DNA of 64,000 nucleotides from Squalus acanthias (Eukaryota): NCBI GenBank assembly GCA_030390025.1, contig CM059441.1, positions 20,770,001 to 20,834,000 of the forward strand, in the 5' to 3' direction. The position numbers and the translations under genes are program-made. The notes under the pieces were generated by a model. The model was not told the DNA's origin. It saw only the letters and a program-made list of their open reading frames with translations, and did no database searches. This document shows positions 49,691-61,123 of the stretch, one piece after another. The first letter of the stretch is position 1. Each line of letters begins with the position of its first letter.

Positions 49691-50249
49691 AAAACTATTG
49701 TGCTGCTTCTCAATCTATAGGAAATCACCCATGCTGCAAACACCTAGTACTCCCAGCAGAATGAGACAGGATAGGTGTTCCTGTGGTAAAAAGGAATGAA
49801 CAAGATATCAATGTTTAGCATTAAATATTATTCAATAGATGGGAAAGATATTCATACAACCAACATGTCAGGATTGAGTGAAAAGGGTTTGAAAATGTAA
49901 GAGAAGTTAGTGAAAGATAAAGATTGTGAAACACACTAAAATACAACTGCACTCAAAGACTGTAAAGCAATAGTTTGTTTGTAGAGGTTTAATTTTTAAC
50001 CAGCGTTTTAGGCTGCTGAAGTTTCATGACACAACGGGCAATGGCAACACAACAAGTCGGAAGAAAACATCAGCCAAAATACAGCGAAAGAAATGTGACT
50101 AAAACAGTCGAAATAGCCCAAGCGGATCGGTGGTGCTCACAGACAGCTTTCTGTGGAGAGTTTCATGAAGTGGGTTATTCTGGAAGAATTGGGATAAGAA
50201 GTGCTGAACAACTGAGGTTCATTCAGTAAAGCAAGTTCAGTGACCTCCA

Positions 50250-50740
50250 ACATAGAATCAGAGAACCACAGAATACAGCGCAGAAGGAGGCTATTCGGCC
50301 CATCGAGTCTGTGCCGGCTCTTTCGAAGAGCAATCCAGTTAGTCCCATTCCCCTCGCTCTTTCCCCATATCCCTGCAATTGTTTCTCCTTCAACTATTTA
50401 TCCAATTCCCTTTTGAAGGCTACTGTTGAATCTGTACCCACCCTATCAGGCAGCGCATTCCAAATCCTAACCACTCCTATACAATCAGGAGGCAGAAACT
50501 TTTTTACACAGCGAGTGGTGATGACCTGGAATTCGCTGCCGACGGAAGTGGTGGAAGTGGAGACACTCAATGTTTTCAAGGGGAGACTGGATAGGCACTT
50601 GAGGGAAATAAACTTGTAGGGCTATGGGGATAGAGCGGGGGAATGGGACTGACTGGATTGCTCTACAGAGAGCCGGCACGGACTCGATGGGCCGAATGGC
50701 CTCCTTCTGTGCCGTTATGACTCTATGACCTATAACTCTA
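50250..50740. mobile_element. Two CR1 3' ends in inverted (tails-out) orientation
   Basis: ~50250-50478 minus and ~50490-50740 plus; mutually reverse complementary. Confidence 0.85.
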
Positions 50741-51100
50741 TGGGGGAAAAATTAGGTCGCGCCCCATTTGGGGCGCAAATATCGTCTGGACGCAAATATT
50801 AGCGCCTGGCGCTAATTATCGCCACTGACTGGAAACTTCACTTTTACCGCCCCGGGAGGTGAGTGGAGCGCTAAATCAGGCACTGCACACCTGTCTTAAG
50901 GCGCAAAGGCCGAGCAGTGAGGGGCTAACTCAGCGCGCGAGCGCAGCGCAGCTGCTGCCAGTTAGCGAGGGAACACAGACACACTGGCGCCGGCCACTTC
51001 TTAAAGCAGGGGGGGCCAACTTGCTCCCCAGCCACACCCTGCTCATTGCAGCCTTGAATCTCGGCCTGGAGAGACCTGTGAATCCATTTTGCTGCCAAGG

Positions 51101-53028
51101 ATGGAGAGGGAGAGAGAACGAGCTCATCGCTTCACCGAGCGGGCCTTGGATGCTCTGGTTGGCGCGGTGGAGCGCAGAAGATGTATACTCTTCCCTGAGA
51201 GTGGCAGGAGGCCTTTGCCACGCGAGTTCAGAAGAGTGTGGAGGGAGGTGGCTCAGAGCGTCTCCTCCAGGAGCATGGTGCCCAGGACCCATACTCAATG
51301 CCGCAAAAAGTTCAACGACCTCACTCGGGTCGTCAGGGTGAGTGGCTTTTTCTCAATACCTCTCCATCCCTCCATCTCAACCTCACTCTATGGCCAGAGG
51401 GTCTTAAAACCCCAATGCACAACACTCATCCAACACCTATGGCCCTTTCATGAAACACACACACACATTCCACACTTTGCATACAGTAAGGGCTATTCAC
51501 CTATGGGAGGCACATCAGGCAAGACCATGGCTGCATACAGTAAGGGCTATTCACCTATGGGAGGCACATCAGGCAAGACCATGGCTGCATACAGTAAGGG
51601 CTATTCACCTATGGGAGGCACATCAGGCAAGACCATGGCTGCATACAGTAAGGGCTATTCACCTATGGGAGGCACATCAGGCAAGACCATGGCTGTATAT
51701 TTACTCAGATGCTGTCCTTTTTCTTGCAGGCCAAGCTGGCGCATAATCGGAGACAGCAGCAACGGACAGGTGGAGGGCGGCCTCAGCTGCAACCCCTCAG
51801 CGATCTTGAGGAGCGCGTCCACAGGATTGTGGCAAGCCGGGTGATCGGTCCCGTCGCCACTGGAGACGCCGACCCCGTTGTGGACAGCAATGGTAAGGTC
51901 ATCACCTTTTTGTCCTCTGTCCTTCCACTTGTTCCTCACAACACCAGCCTTTGACACTTTCAATCCAACTTGCTAACTCGCTGCACTTATTCCTCCCTTA
52001 CTGCCACCCTGTCCTCACGCTAAAGCCACTCTTGTACCTCCCTGCTTTCAGATGGTGATTCACCAGCTGAGGAGATGGGCCCTGAAGCTGCCACTGGGAG
52101 TGAAGCTGCAGCCGAGGAGGAAGAGGAAGCCGGAGCATCAGTGCCACCCTCTCCCGAGGAAGCCCATGCCCACACTGGGAACACGCCTTCCCTGGAGGGG
52201 AGCAGGGGGGAAGGGTTTGATGAGGGTGAAGCTCCAGGACCCAGCGGGCTGCAGCAACGCCATGGGGGTAGGGAAGAACGGGGGCCTTCTCCCCAGAGGG
52301 AGAGTATGCCAGACACTCCTACTGCAATGGACGCAGAGGAGGAGCGGCTGATTGCAGAAATGAACACCCAGGCGGTGGGCATGCACACTGAGCTCATGGG
52401 TGCAGTGGGAAGGGTGCCCGAATGCATTGAGTCACTGGCAAGGAGTGTGGAGCACTTTGCTGTAGCACAGGCGGATGCCACACTAACGCTTAGTGCTGCA
52501 ATTCAGTCACTGGCTGCCATGATCCCATCTCTGACTGCTCTCATGCAGACTCAGATTGAGGCCACGCGAGCACAGACTGCTGCCAACCTCGATGGTTCGT
52601 TCACATGTCCCCGGGGCTGTCACCGCGCCGCAGCAGGCCAGCAATCTGTTCTCCAGCAGATTGCTCCGGATGCTGAAGTGCTGCCCCGTGGGAGTGCCAG
52701 TGTGTCGGTCGAGCAGGGAGTTGCTGTCCTCTCTCACGATGACAGCATTCCTGCTGCCAACACTGTCACTTCTCCACTGTACTTGCCACCGCCTGTAGGA
52801 CAGACTGCTGCCGCCCATGCAGAGTTGGTGCAGTCTGCAGCCGGGCCCTCCAGGCCCAGAAGTGGTCGAGGCCGTCCTTCAGGGGCATCTGCAGTGTCAG
52901 GGTCTGACGAGCAGCAGCCTTCCACCAGCCTTGCTGCAGCCACTGAGGTCCCATTACGGAGGAGCAGTAGGGTTAGAAGGGGGGAAGTGCGCAAGGGAAG
53001 GAGATCACCCTCGAAGGGCAAAAAGTAG
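51101..53028 (+). CDS. Harbinger Myb/SANT (trihelix) DNA-binding protein, 3 exons: 51101-51337, 51730-51892, 52052-53028 (458 aa)
   Basis: RF..AL.ALV..V......LF....W..VA..V......RT..QCRKKFNDL Myb/SANT motif; donors GTGAGT and GTAAGG, acceptors TTGCAG and TTTCAG; phases 0 and 1 give one uninterrupted frame; basic C-terminal NLS-like tail. Confidence 0.88.
51479..51694 (+). repeat. 54-bp tandem repeat, 4 identical copies, in intron 1 of the Harbinger Myb gene
   Basis: Unit GCATACAGTAAGGGCTATTCACCTATGGGAGGCACATCAGGCAAGACCATGGCT with period 54. Confidence 0.95.
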
Positions 53029-53340
53029 GAGGTGTGACAAAATGCTGGTCATTTTTTTATTAAAGGCCGAGGTTCGTGGTCCAACTTTTGTTTAGTGTTT
53101 TGGACATTATCTCCAGGTTGTGAGAACCAGTTATGTTATTGACTGTTTTTTTGTGTTTATTTCTATGAGTTTGTCATGAGGAATTGACACACACAGAGTT
53201 TGTAAAATAAATAAGTTTCTGTATTCAAAATATACATGGTTGGTGGTTGGAATTATTGGTGCCTTGGCTGGCTTCGGGGTTGCGTGCTGGGTTCATTGAT
53301 GTTGTTAACAATGGCAGAAGCCATTTCCACAGCAGGGGCC

Positions 53341-54501
53341 CTAGAAGCGGCTTGCTATCAGCCGTTGACGGACGGCCCTTGCAGTTTGACCATTGTGGGC
53401 CGCCCTCCCGTCTTGGTGCTGCTGATGATCATCCTCCTCGTCCTCTTCCTCCTCTTCCTCCTCCTCCTCTGGTGGTGCTCCAAGGCCTGGTGGCATTGGC
53501 TGGGTCCTGAGGATTGCCATGTTATGCAACATGCAGCACACAACTACGAAGTTGGATACTCGCTCAGGCGAGTACTGCAGGGCTCCTCCAGAATGGTCGA
53601 GACAGCGGAACCGTTGCTTCAGCACGCCGATTGTGCGCTCAATTATGTTCCTGGTAGCTTGATGGCTCTCATTGTACCGCAGCTCAGCAGGGGTGTTGGG
53701 CGTACGGAGCGGTGTCATCAGCCAGGTGCTCAATTCATACCCCTTGTCCCCGAGAAGCCAACCAACTGGCTGATGCGGTGCCTCGAAAAGTTCTGCCACA
53801 GTAGTCTGGCGCAGGATAAAAGCATCGTGGCAGCTGCCAGGATAGTGTGCATTGACAGCGAGTATCAGCTGTCTGTGGTCACAGACCAACTGAACATTCA
53901 AGGAATGGAACCCCTTTCTGTTCCGGAATTCCTCGGCATTCTCATGTGGAGCACGCAAAGCCACATGCGTGCAGTCAATGGCGCCCTGCACCATGGGGAA
54001 GCCCGCTATCCTCGCAAAGCCCAGAGCGCGGTCACGCTGCTTGTCTGGGGTCATGGGGAAAGAGATGAACTCTCGTCTCCTTTTAAAGAGGGCATTTGTG
54101 ACCTGCCGGATGCAGCAATGCACCGCGAACTGGGAGATATTGGCGAGGTCCCCAGCAGCAGCTTGAAATGAGCCAGTAGCGTAGAAGTTGAGAGCCACTG
54201 TGACCTTCACTGCCACCGACAGAGACGTCCTGGACCTCAGTTGAGGCTGCAGATCTGGCTGCAGCAGGTGGCAGAGCTCAGTGACCACCTCCTTGCTGAA
54301 TCGCAGCCTTCGCAAACACAGCTCCTCAGACATATGAATGTAGGAGAGCTGTTCACGATATACCCTGGGAGGGTAAGCTCTCCTGTACATACGCCTGTTG
54401 GCCCTCCTCCGTCTGGCCATCATTGCCACTCTCTCTCTGCGTCTCTGTATCCTCCGATTCAGCTGGAGCAGGACGACGCCCCCAATCAGTGCAGCCCCCA
54501 T
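53341..54501 (-). CDS. Harbinger DDE transposase (HARBI1-like, 386 aa)
   Basis: Open frame from ATG 54501; catalytic motifs GAIDCTH, LLGDKGY, RNIIERTIGVLKQRF; NRKGFHSLNVQLVCD and YPGSCHDAFIL. Confidence 0.95.
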   Translation of the reverse strand: MGAALIGGVVLLQLNRRIQRRRERVAMMARRRRANRRMYRRAYPPRVYREQLSYIHMSEELCLRRLRFSKEVVTELCHLLQPDLQPQLRSRTSLSVAVKVTVALNFYATGSFQAAAGDLANISQFAVHCCIRQVTNALFKRRREFISFPMTPDKQRDRALGFARIAGFPMVQGAIDCTHVALRAPHENAEEFRNRKGFHSLNVQLVCDHRQLILAVNAHYPGSCHDAFILRQTTVAELFEAPHQPVGWLLGDKGYELSTWLMTPLRTPNTPAELRYNESHQATRNIIERTIGVLKQRFRCLDHSGGALQYSPERVSNFVVVCCMLHNMAILRTQPMPPGLGAPPEEEEEEEEEDEEDDHQQHQDGRAAHNGQTARAVRQRLIASRF

Positions 54502-56649
54502 AGTCTCTTTGCAAGCAAAGTAATGAAGGACAGCAACTAAAGTACTCGCGAAGTTAGGATCAGTAGGCAAAACTACCTCACAAAGCGTTGAGTCAATGCA
54601 GAAGTCTCTCTTTCTCTCTCTCCGAATCTCTCTCTCTCTCTCAGAACGAGTGGTGCAAAAATGTCAACCACAGAAAAAGACAGGAAGAGGCCCCCTTTAA
54701 ATAGCGCCCCCCCCCAGCCCCACAGCGATTGATAGCGTTCCAGTCTTCCGGTCGTTGGATGCGCCAGGCGGTAAGGCAGGGGGCGCCACTCAATTTCCGC
54801 TCCGGGGCGCCACAAGGGCGTTGCACCATGGAATGACATCACAATCTGCGCGCGCAGGTGGTCGCAGCGGTAAGGTTTAGCGCCGCTGCACAATGTCGAG
54901 TTAAGTTCCCGAGCGGCGCAAACATCGCTGCGCCCGGGCGTTAGCGGCTTTGCGCCCCATTAGCGCCCTCTTAAGGCGCTAACGGGAGGCGCAACCAACT
55001 GAATTTTTCCCCCTGTGACTCCTAACATCTGCTGGCTCTATACTACATGCTTTGGGCTGTTCCGTTTCTGCCGTCTTTCATTCTCTCCCTTGTGAATTTT
55101 GGAAATGCCCCCTTTTTAATAACTTTTCTTTCCTAAGAAGGAACAACTTTCAACCTTTTACTTGTCTTGTTTCTATTACCACACAGGTCAGGAGGCAGAA
55201 AAAGCTGATTTTGCCTTCACTAAAAGCAAATGATAAAAACCCGCTAAGAAGATGTATTGATAAAGAATAATATAAAGGGGGAAAAAATTTCAAAACGTTT
55301 TGCAGATGCTTTTATCTTCCAAAATGGGGGGTTTCAATTGATCGAGATTATTTAAAAAAGTTAGCAGTAAAAATGTTACTGACCAAATAATAAATAATGT
55401 CAGAAGCTTAAACAGGTTTGTAATCAGAATCTTTATTAAAATCCCGAGTATAGAATATAGACTTTCAAGTACATAACTATTATTTAACCTTTAACTTACT
55501 GGTACTGAGGCTGAAAAATCCCAACAGCTATCCATTGTACCTGTATAATGTTCAGCAAACAGCCACATAACCTAATTCCATGTACCAGTGTACTCTCCCA
55601 TAGGCACTAAGGCAAGTCACTAAATCAAGTGTACCACTCTACTCTCTCACAAGCACCATTCAACCAAATGTACATTTGCTTCACAAATTATGTGGTAAGT
55701 CAGTGGTAACATATCAAGGGTTAATGGTGTTTCTGCATTATATATTCAGGGGCCTGGGTTAGGCTAGCACAGCCCATACTGATGGGTGCAAGTCTCCTCT
55801 CCCTGGTGACTATGGGGATTCCAATATTAACACTGCTACATTGGGCAGCTGGGAATGGAAGATCGAGGCTGTGATGTTTATTGTAACATGACCAGTTGCA
55901 GGTAATTCGTTTTGATAAGAGCCCGCACCCCCCCTTCCCCCCCACCAACCCCGTGTCGCATACAGTTAGAAAAAAAAGATCGAAGGAAATAACTGAAATA
56001 ATTTCAGAACTTCCTTCTCGATAAGCTAAATTTAAATCTAATGAAACCAGCAAAAGCAGTTCTGAGTTGGACTGATTGCATAAAATGGGAAGTGAAGCAA
56101 TGCAGTCATTTATGCTCAAAATAACTTCCACCTGTGTTTACAGAAGAACATAAGGATTAAGAGCAGGAGTAGACCATACGGCCCCTCGAGTCTGCTCCGC
56201 CATTCAATAAGATCATGGCTGATCTTCGACCTCAACTCCACTTTCCCAGCCGATCCCCATATCCCTTGATTCCCCTAGAGTCCAAAAACAGGGCAGGCTT
56301 TCGGATAGGGCTAAGGATCTCTCTGGGCCTTTAAGTTCTGCAGTCAGTGCACTATCTTGTCGGTGCCTTTGAAATCCCGAACCTTACCCGATCTGATGAT
56401 CTGCCAGATTGCAAGCAGCCAGAAGTTGTTCAAGTGTCCTTCTGCTTATTATGAAAACGATGAGCAACAGGGGAACATTCATACTTAAGGGCCACAAATA
56501 GAATCAGCAGTACAAGTGGAACTCAACCTCCTCCTGAACAGAAACACTCAATGGGCGTAATGGAGGATACAAACACACCGGACAGATTTTCCTCTTCAGC
56601 CCCAAGGGTGACAGAACTATGTCGGGTTGGAACTTCTGCCTGCCTCATA

Positions 56650-56962
56650 GCAACAACAACTTGTATTTATATAGCGCCTTTAACGTAGTAAAATGTCCCA
56701 AGGCGCTGCACAGGAGTATTATAAGAAAATAAATTTGACACCGAGCCACATAAGGAGAAATTAGGGCAGATGGCCCAATGTTTGGTCAAAGAGGTAGGTT
56801 TTAAGGAGTGTCTTAAAGGAGGAAAGCGAGGTAGAGAGGCGGAGAGGTTTAGGGAGGGAATTCCAGAGCTTAGGGCCTTGGCAGCTGAAGGCACGGCCAC
56901 CAATGGTTGAGCGATTATAATCAGGGATGCTCAAGAGGGCAGAATTGGAGGAGCGCAGATAT
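56650..56962 (-). mobile_element. L2 LINE 3' end
   Basis: Colinear with 21428-21750. Confidence 0.85.
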
Positions 56963-58356
56963 TTTATGCCTGACTCCAGGGGTCGGGGTGGTGTGAATGG
57001 TATCGGTCCACTCTAACTGCTGCCCAGTTGTCCGCCTCAGTTGGGTGGGCGGAGGGTGGGAGGGGTGGGGGTTCATGGCTGGTGCACCTGCTCTGCAGCG
57101 TAGAGTGTTCGGTGAAGATGTAAAACAATTCTCTTTCCTTTTCTATCTTTTTGATTTTTCCGCAAGCAAGTGCACTCATCAAGGTAACCGTTCAAAAGTT
57201 AAATCTGCCCTAGTACCCATATTTGGGCACACGTGTTGTACGCCTGCTTGCTCTTTGCGCAGGAAGTGGCTGGGAGCTGGTGAGGTGGGTCCGTGCCCAA
57301 TTTTCTTCCCCTGACCGCCAGGTTACACCAATTTACTGGAGAAGAAATTCGCCCCTCATATATCCAAACTTGGGTGAAGGAAATGATTAATGAAGACGCA
57401 ACTTGTTGTTACGATTGAGGGATTATAGGGTCCCACTTTGCTTTCTGATTAATCCAGCAGAAGCCAATCAGGTTGCCGGACTGCGTACCGCACCAGGAGA
57501 TGAGTGCGGGAGCCCAATTTGGCAGGTCACAACAGAAGGTCAGTGAGTGGCAGCTGCCAGGGGTGAATGTCCAGGCAGGATCTTGGAGCAGGTCCCAATT
57601 TCTCATCAAGAACTGTAGCCCAGGCCTTGGACTACCTCCTGAACAATACCACAGAAGATCGACTGGTCCTATAAAAAAAAAATGGAGATGGTTGAGAGAA
57701 ATGGTGCTGTGGTAATTTTAGAAATGGTTGTACTGTACATCGTGTATGGGATTTCTTTTCTGGGAGGACTAGAGTCATACTCCCTTGACCAGAAAGTTTT
57801 GACACTTTATTTGGAGCATCTTCTTACATTTTGGAGTATATTCTATATTATCTGATAGGAATATGGAAAAAAAAGCATTTGCCACTGTGCTAGACAGGAA
57901 ACAGCTGTAATAATGAATCATGCAGTTATGGTAATCCATTATTTACAAAATGATATACTCTCATGTCCAGTGTCTTGCTGCACCATCAAACCCTTTCGAG
58001 CCTAGAAATTACTGTTGGCAATATTAATGGACAAATTGCTTTGTCTGGTGTTTTATCAGAGGCATTAATCCATTTATTTTAAATAGACTAACACTTCCAT
58101 TAAAAAATTGAGTGTAGGAATGTCATAATATTCATGCACTAACATTGCTGACAGTAATTTCTGGCTTTGATCCTAAAATATATCTCTTAGTTTATAACTG
58201 CATTGCAAAAATAGCTCTTTATTACAGTAACTTACGGTCCGTACCAGAAGGGACTGCCTCCGTCATCTTAATCTTGGGTTATCTGTCAATGTATTCTTTT
58301 CAGAGTCAGGGTCTGATGTACTTCTGTGGATCCCACAAGATGGTCTGTTCTGGCTC

Positions 58357-58728
58357 AAGAGAGAATAGATTAGTAGGTAACATCAGAGGGAATCCAAAAG
58401 TCTTTTATAAACATATAAATAGTAAAAGGGCAGTCAAAGGAAGGGTGAGGCCAATTAGGGACCAAAAGGGAGATCTTCTTCTGAAGGCAGAGGGCATGGC
58501 TGAGGTACCAAATGAATACTTTCCATCTGTCTGCATGAAAGAAGAGGATGCTGCCAATGGCACAGTAAAGGAAGAGGTTGTAGAGATATCCATATTGGAT
58601 AAGATAATAATAGATAAAGAGGAGGTACTTAAAAGGTTGGCAACGCTCAAAGTAGAAAAGTCATCCAGTCCAGATGGGAGTCATCCTAGGTTGCTGAGGG
58701 AAGTAAGGGTAGAAATTGTGGAGGCTGT
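58357..58728 (+). mobile_element. Older CR1 ORF2 fragment abutting the full-length CR1
   Basis: NPKVFYKHINSKR, NEYF.SV, DG.HPRLLRE. Confidence 0.85.
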
Positions 58729-59039
58729 GGCAGCGGCAGCAGCGGGAGCGGCGGACCTGCGAGGGAGCAGCGGCTGTGGGAGAAAATAAAGGTTGGTGAT
58801 TTTCAGGCCCAGTCGAGCAGTGGGAGCAGTGGGAGCGGCGGCAGAATTCGAGAGTGACGTCACAGTACAGAAAGTGACGCCGGCGCAGGGGAAGAAGCTG
58901 ATTAGTGAGTAGTGGGTGAGTGCTTTTTTTTTCTTCAATTTTAAGTTTATTTCTTTTAAGGTAGTTCATAGTTAAAGTAGTTCGGGAGAGCGAGAATCCG
59001 AGAGTTTAAATTTGAGGTAAGAATTTTTTAATTAAAGGT

Positions 59040-61020
59040 ATGGCAGGGGACCTCAGTCCCGTGCGTTGCACGGCCTGCAGCATGTGGGAATTCCTAGACG
59101 CTTCTTGCAGTCAGGATGACCACATGTGCAGTAAGTGCCAATGGTTTGGCCAACTTGAGATCTGGTTTTCGGAGCTCGAGCGTCAGCTGGAGGCACTGCG
59201 GTGTATCTGCGAGGCTGAGAGTTACGTGGATAGCACATTTTGTAACCGGTTTCTGCGGTGGCCAATTCTCTATGGGCCCTGCCGCAATCGTCAATTATTG
59301 TAAGTGGTTTCGCCCCGCCCGTAGCGAGCGCGCAAACCCCCTTACTACAAGTTCTGGACGATAGGGATTACTGAGGATAGATTTGAACACGGACAGCATT
59401 TTCGGGCTCACCCGTACAGTGTTTATTAAGGTTGACAAAACCACTCCACTCGCATACAGTACGAGCGGTGTGAACACAACAGTACAGTTTAAAACAGTAC
59501 AACCCTGACTTGTCCAACAAGCCCCTGCCGTGCTGACTTACCACGGCCTAAAAACACCCTCCCGTGAACTAAACTATCACAGGACCCTTCCAACGCTAAA
59601 CCCCCTCTGGTTTGGTCGAACATACAGGCACCCCCTCACACAGCTAAGTGATCTTGTGGGTGTGCAGGCTTGGCAATGCTCACCTAGATTGCCCTTGATC
59701 TTGCTTGTAGCTTCCTCCTGTCCATCTCGGCTCCCTGGTTCCGTACCGGCCTTGCGGCATGCGAGTCCCAGTCTGAGTCGAAGTCCATCTCGGTTGGAGA
59801 GCAAGGCTCAGCTCCTCTTGATGTTCCGTTGTGGGGAGGGCAGGAGAGAGAGAGCGACAGCTATCCAAAACGACTCTCTGATATACCCCTCCAATACACA
59901 GACCGCTGTCCGTGGTTTTAATGGACACATGGCCTCAGGGAAATGGTTTCCAGGCCTCCTCCAGGTTTGGATGGTTTAGATCTCGTTTCGATCTCCCAGC
60001 CGATTAACTTAACGAGCTCATCTTCTCCAGAAACAATGAGTCGCCAGCCTTGTTATTCATGACTTGGGAGTGGGCCTCTCAGGCCATTGTTCCCAAGGAC
60101 AGTCCGTTACCATACGAATGCAACCTGGTTACGTCAGCCACCTTCAGCTTGAGTGTTTTCCACTGCTTCCCCCCAAACATCCTGTCCAGGTTTTAATAAG
60201 GGTATATGTTCATAATCTAAAAAATCCATGGAGTCTGCGCCGACTGCTACAGTTTTTAGATGTGGTCACCCCGCAGCTTAAGAAAGTGCAGTCAGAGAGG
60301 GAATGGGTGACCACCAGTCAGAAGAAGGGGGGCAGGCAGGTAGTCAGGAAAGCCCCAGAGTGCATCTCACTCAACAACCATTTTTCTGTGTTGGAAAATG
60401 GTGAAAGTGACGGTTCCTCTGGGGAGTGCAGCCAGAACCAAGTTCACGGCACTGTGGGTGGCTCAGCTGCACAAGGGGGGAGGAGTAAGAGTAGAAGGAC
60501 AATAGTGGTAGGAGACTCAATAGTGAGGGGTGCAGACAGGCGTTTCTGCGGCCGCAGACGTGACTCCAGGATGGTCTGTTGCCTCCCTGGTGCCAGGGTC
60601 AAGGATGTCACTGAACAGCTGCAGGGCATTCTGAAGGGGGAGGGCGAACAGTCAGAGGTCGTGGTTCACATTGGTACCAACGACATAGGTAGAAAGAGGG
60701 ATGAGGTCCTGCAACAAGAATTTAGGGAGCTAGGTAGCAGATTAAAAAGCAGGACCTCAAAGGTTGTAATCTCTGGATTACTCCCGGTGCCACGTGCTAG
60801 TGAATATAGGAATAGGAGGATAGAGCAGATGAATGCGTGGCTAAAGAGTTGGTGCAGGAGGGAGGGCTTTAGTTTCCTGGATCACTGGGTCTGTTTCTGG
60901 GGAAGGTGGGACCTGTACAAGTCGGATGGGTTGCACCTGAACCGGAACGGGACCAACATCCTTGCGGGGAGGTTTGCTAGTGCTGTTGGGGGGGGATTTA
61001 AACTAACTTGGCGGGGATAG
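59040..61020 (+). pseudogene. CR1 ORF1 (zinc finger/leucine zipper + SGNH esterase), split by solo LTR
   Basis: C..C.......C..C, then GDSIVRG, HIGTND, DGLH. Removing 59241-60251 and one TSD copy restores the frame (..DSTF-LDVV..). Confidence 0.9.
59241..60251 (-). mobile_element. Solo LTR, 1011 bp, inside CR1 ORF1
   Basis: TGTAAC...GCTACA termini; 4-bp TSD ATTT/GTTT (difference explicable by CpG decay); minus-strand AATAAA at 59427-59422. Confidence 0.8.
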
Positions 61021-61123
61021 GATACGGAGTGGAGCTATAGTAGGGGGTGATGCACAGCCAAATATAGAGGAAAAAACAAGTCAGTCTGGAAGGCAGAGCA
61101 AATATGTAACGGCACAAGGGAGT

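Larger units (their letters stand above)
50742..55013. mobile_element. Autonomous PIF/Harbinger DNA transposon, apparently intact
   Basis: TIRs GGGGGAAAAATT / AATTTTTCCCCC; 3-bp flanks TAT/TGT (one mismatch); two convergent genes (Myb/SANT and DDE transposase) as in canonical Harbingers. Confidence 0.93.

Noticed and set aside
53236-54171. 311-aa plus-strand ORF with a hydrophobic stretch
   Set aside because: Antisense shadow of the transposase; the Leu run mirrors its poly-Glu codons.
53341-54501. Host domesticated gene HARBI1 (and NAIF1/MSANTD for the Myb ORF)
   Set aside because: Flanked by TIRs, paired convergently and with decayed relatives nearby, so a transposon rather than the single-copy host genes.
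58145-58789. 214-aa ORF as a host gene
   Set aside because: Chance fusion of unique sequence, an old CR1 ORF2 fragment and the 5'UTR of the next CR1.
60064-60251. N-terminal extension of the 318-aa esterase ORF
   Set aside because: Comes from the inserted solo LTR; the true ORF1 start is 59040.
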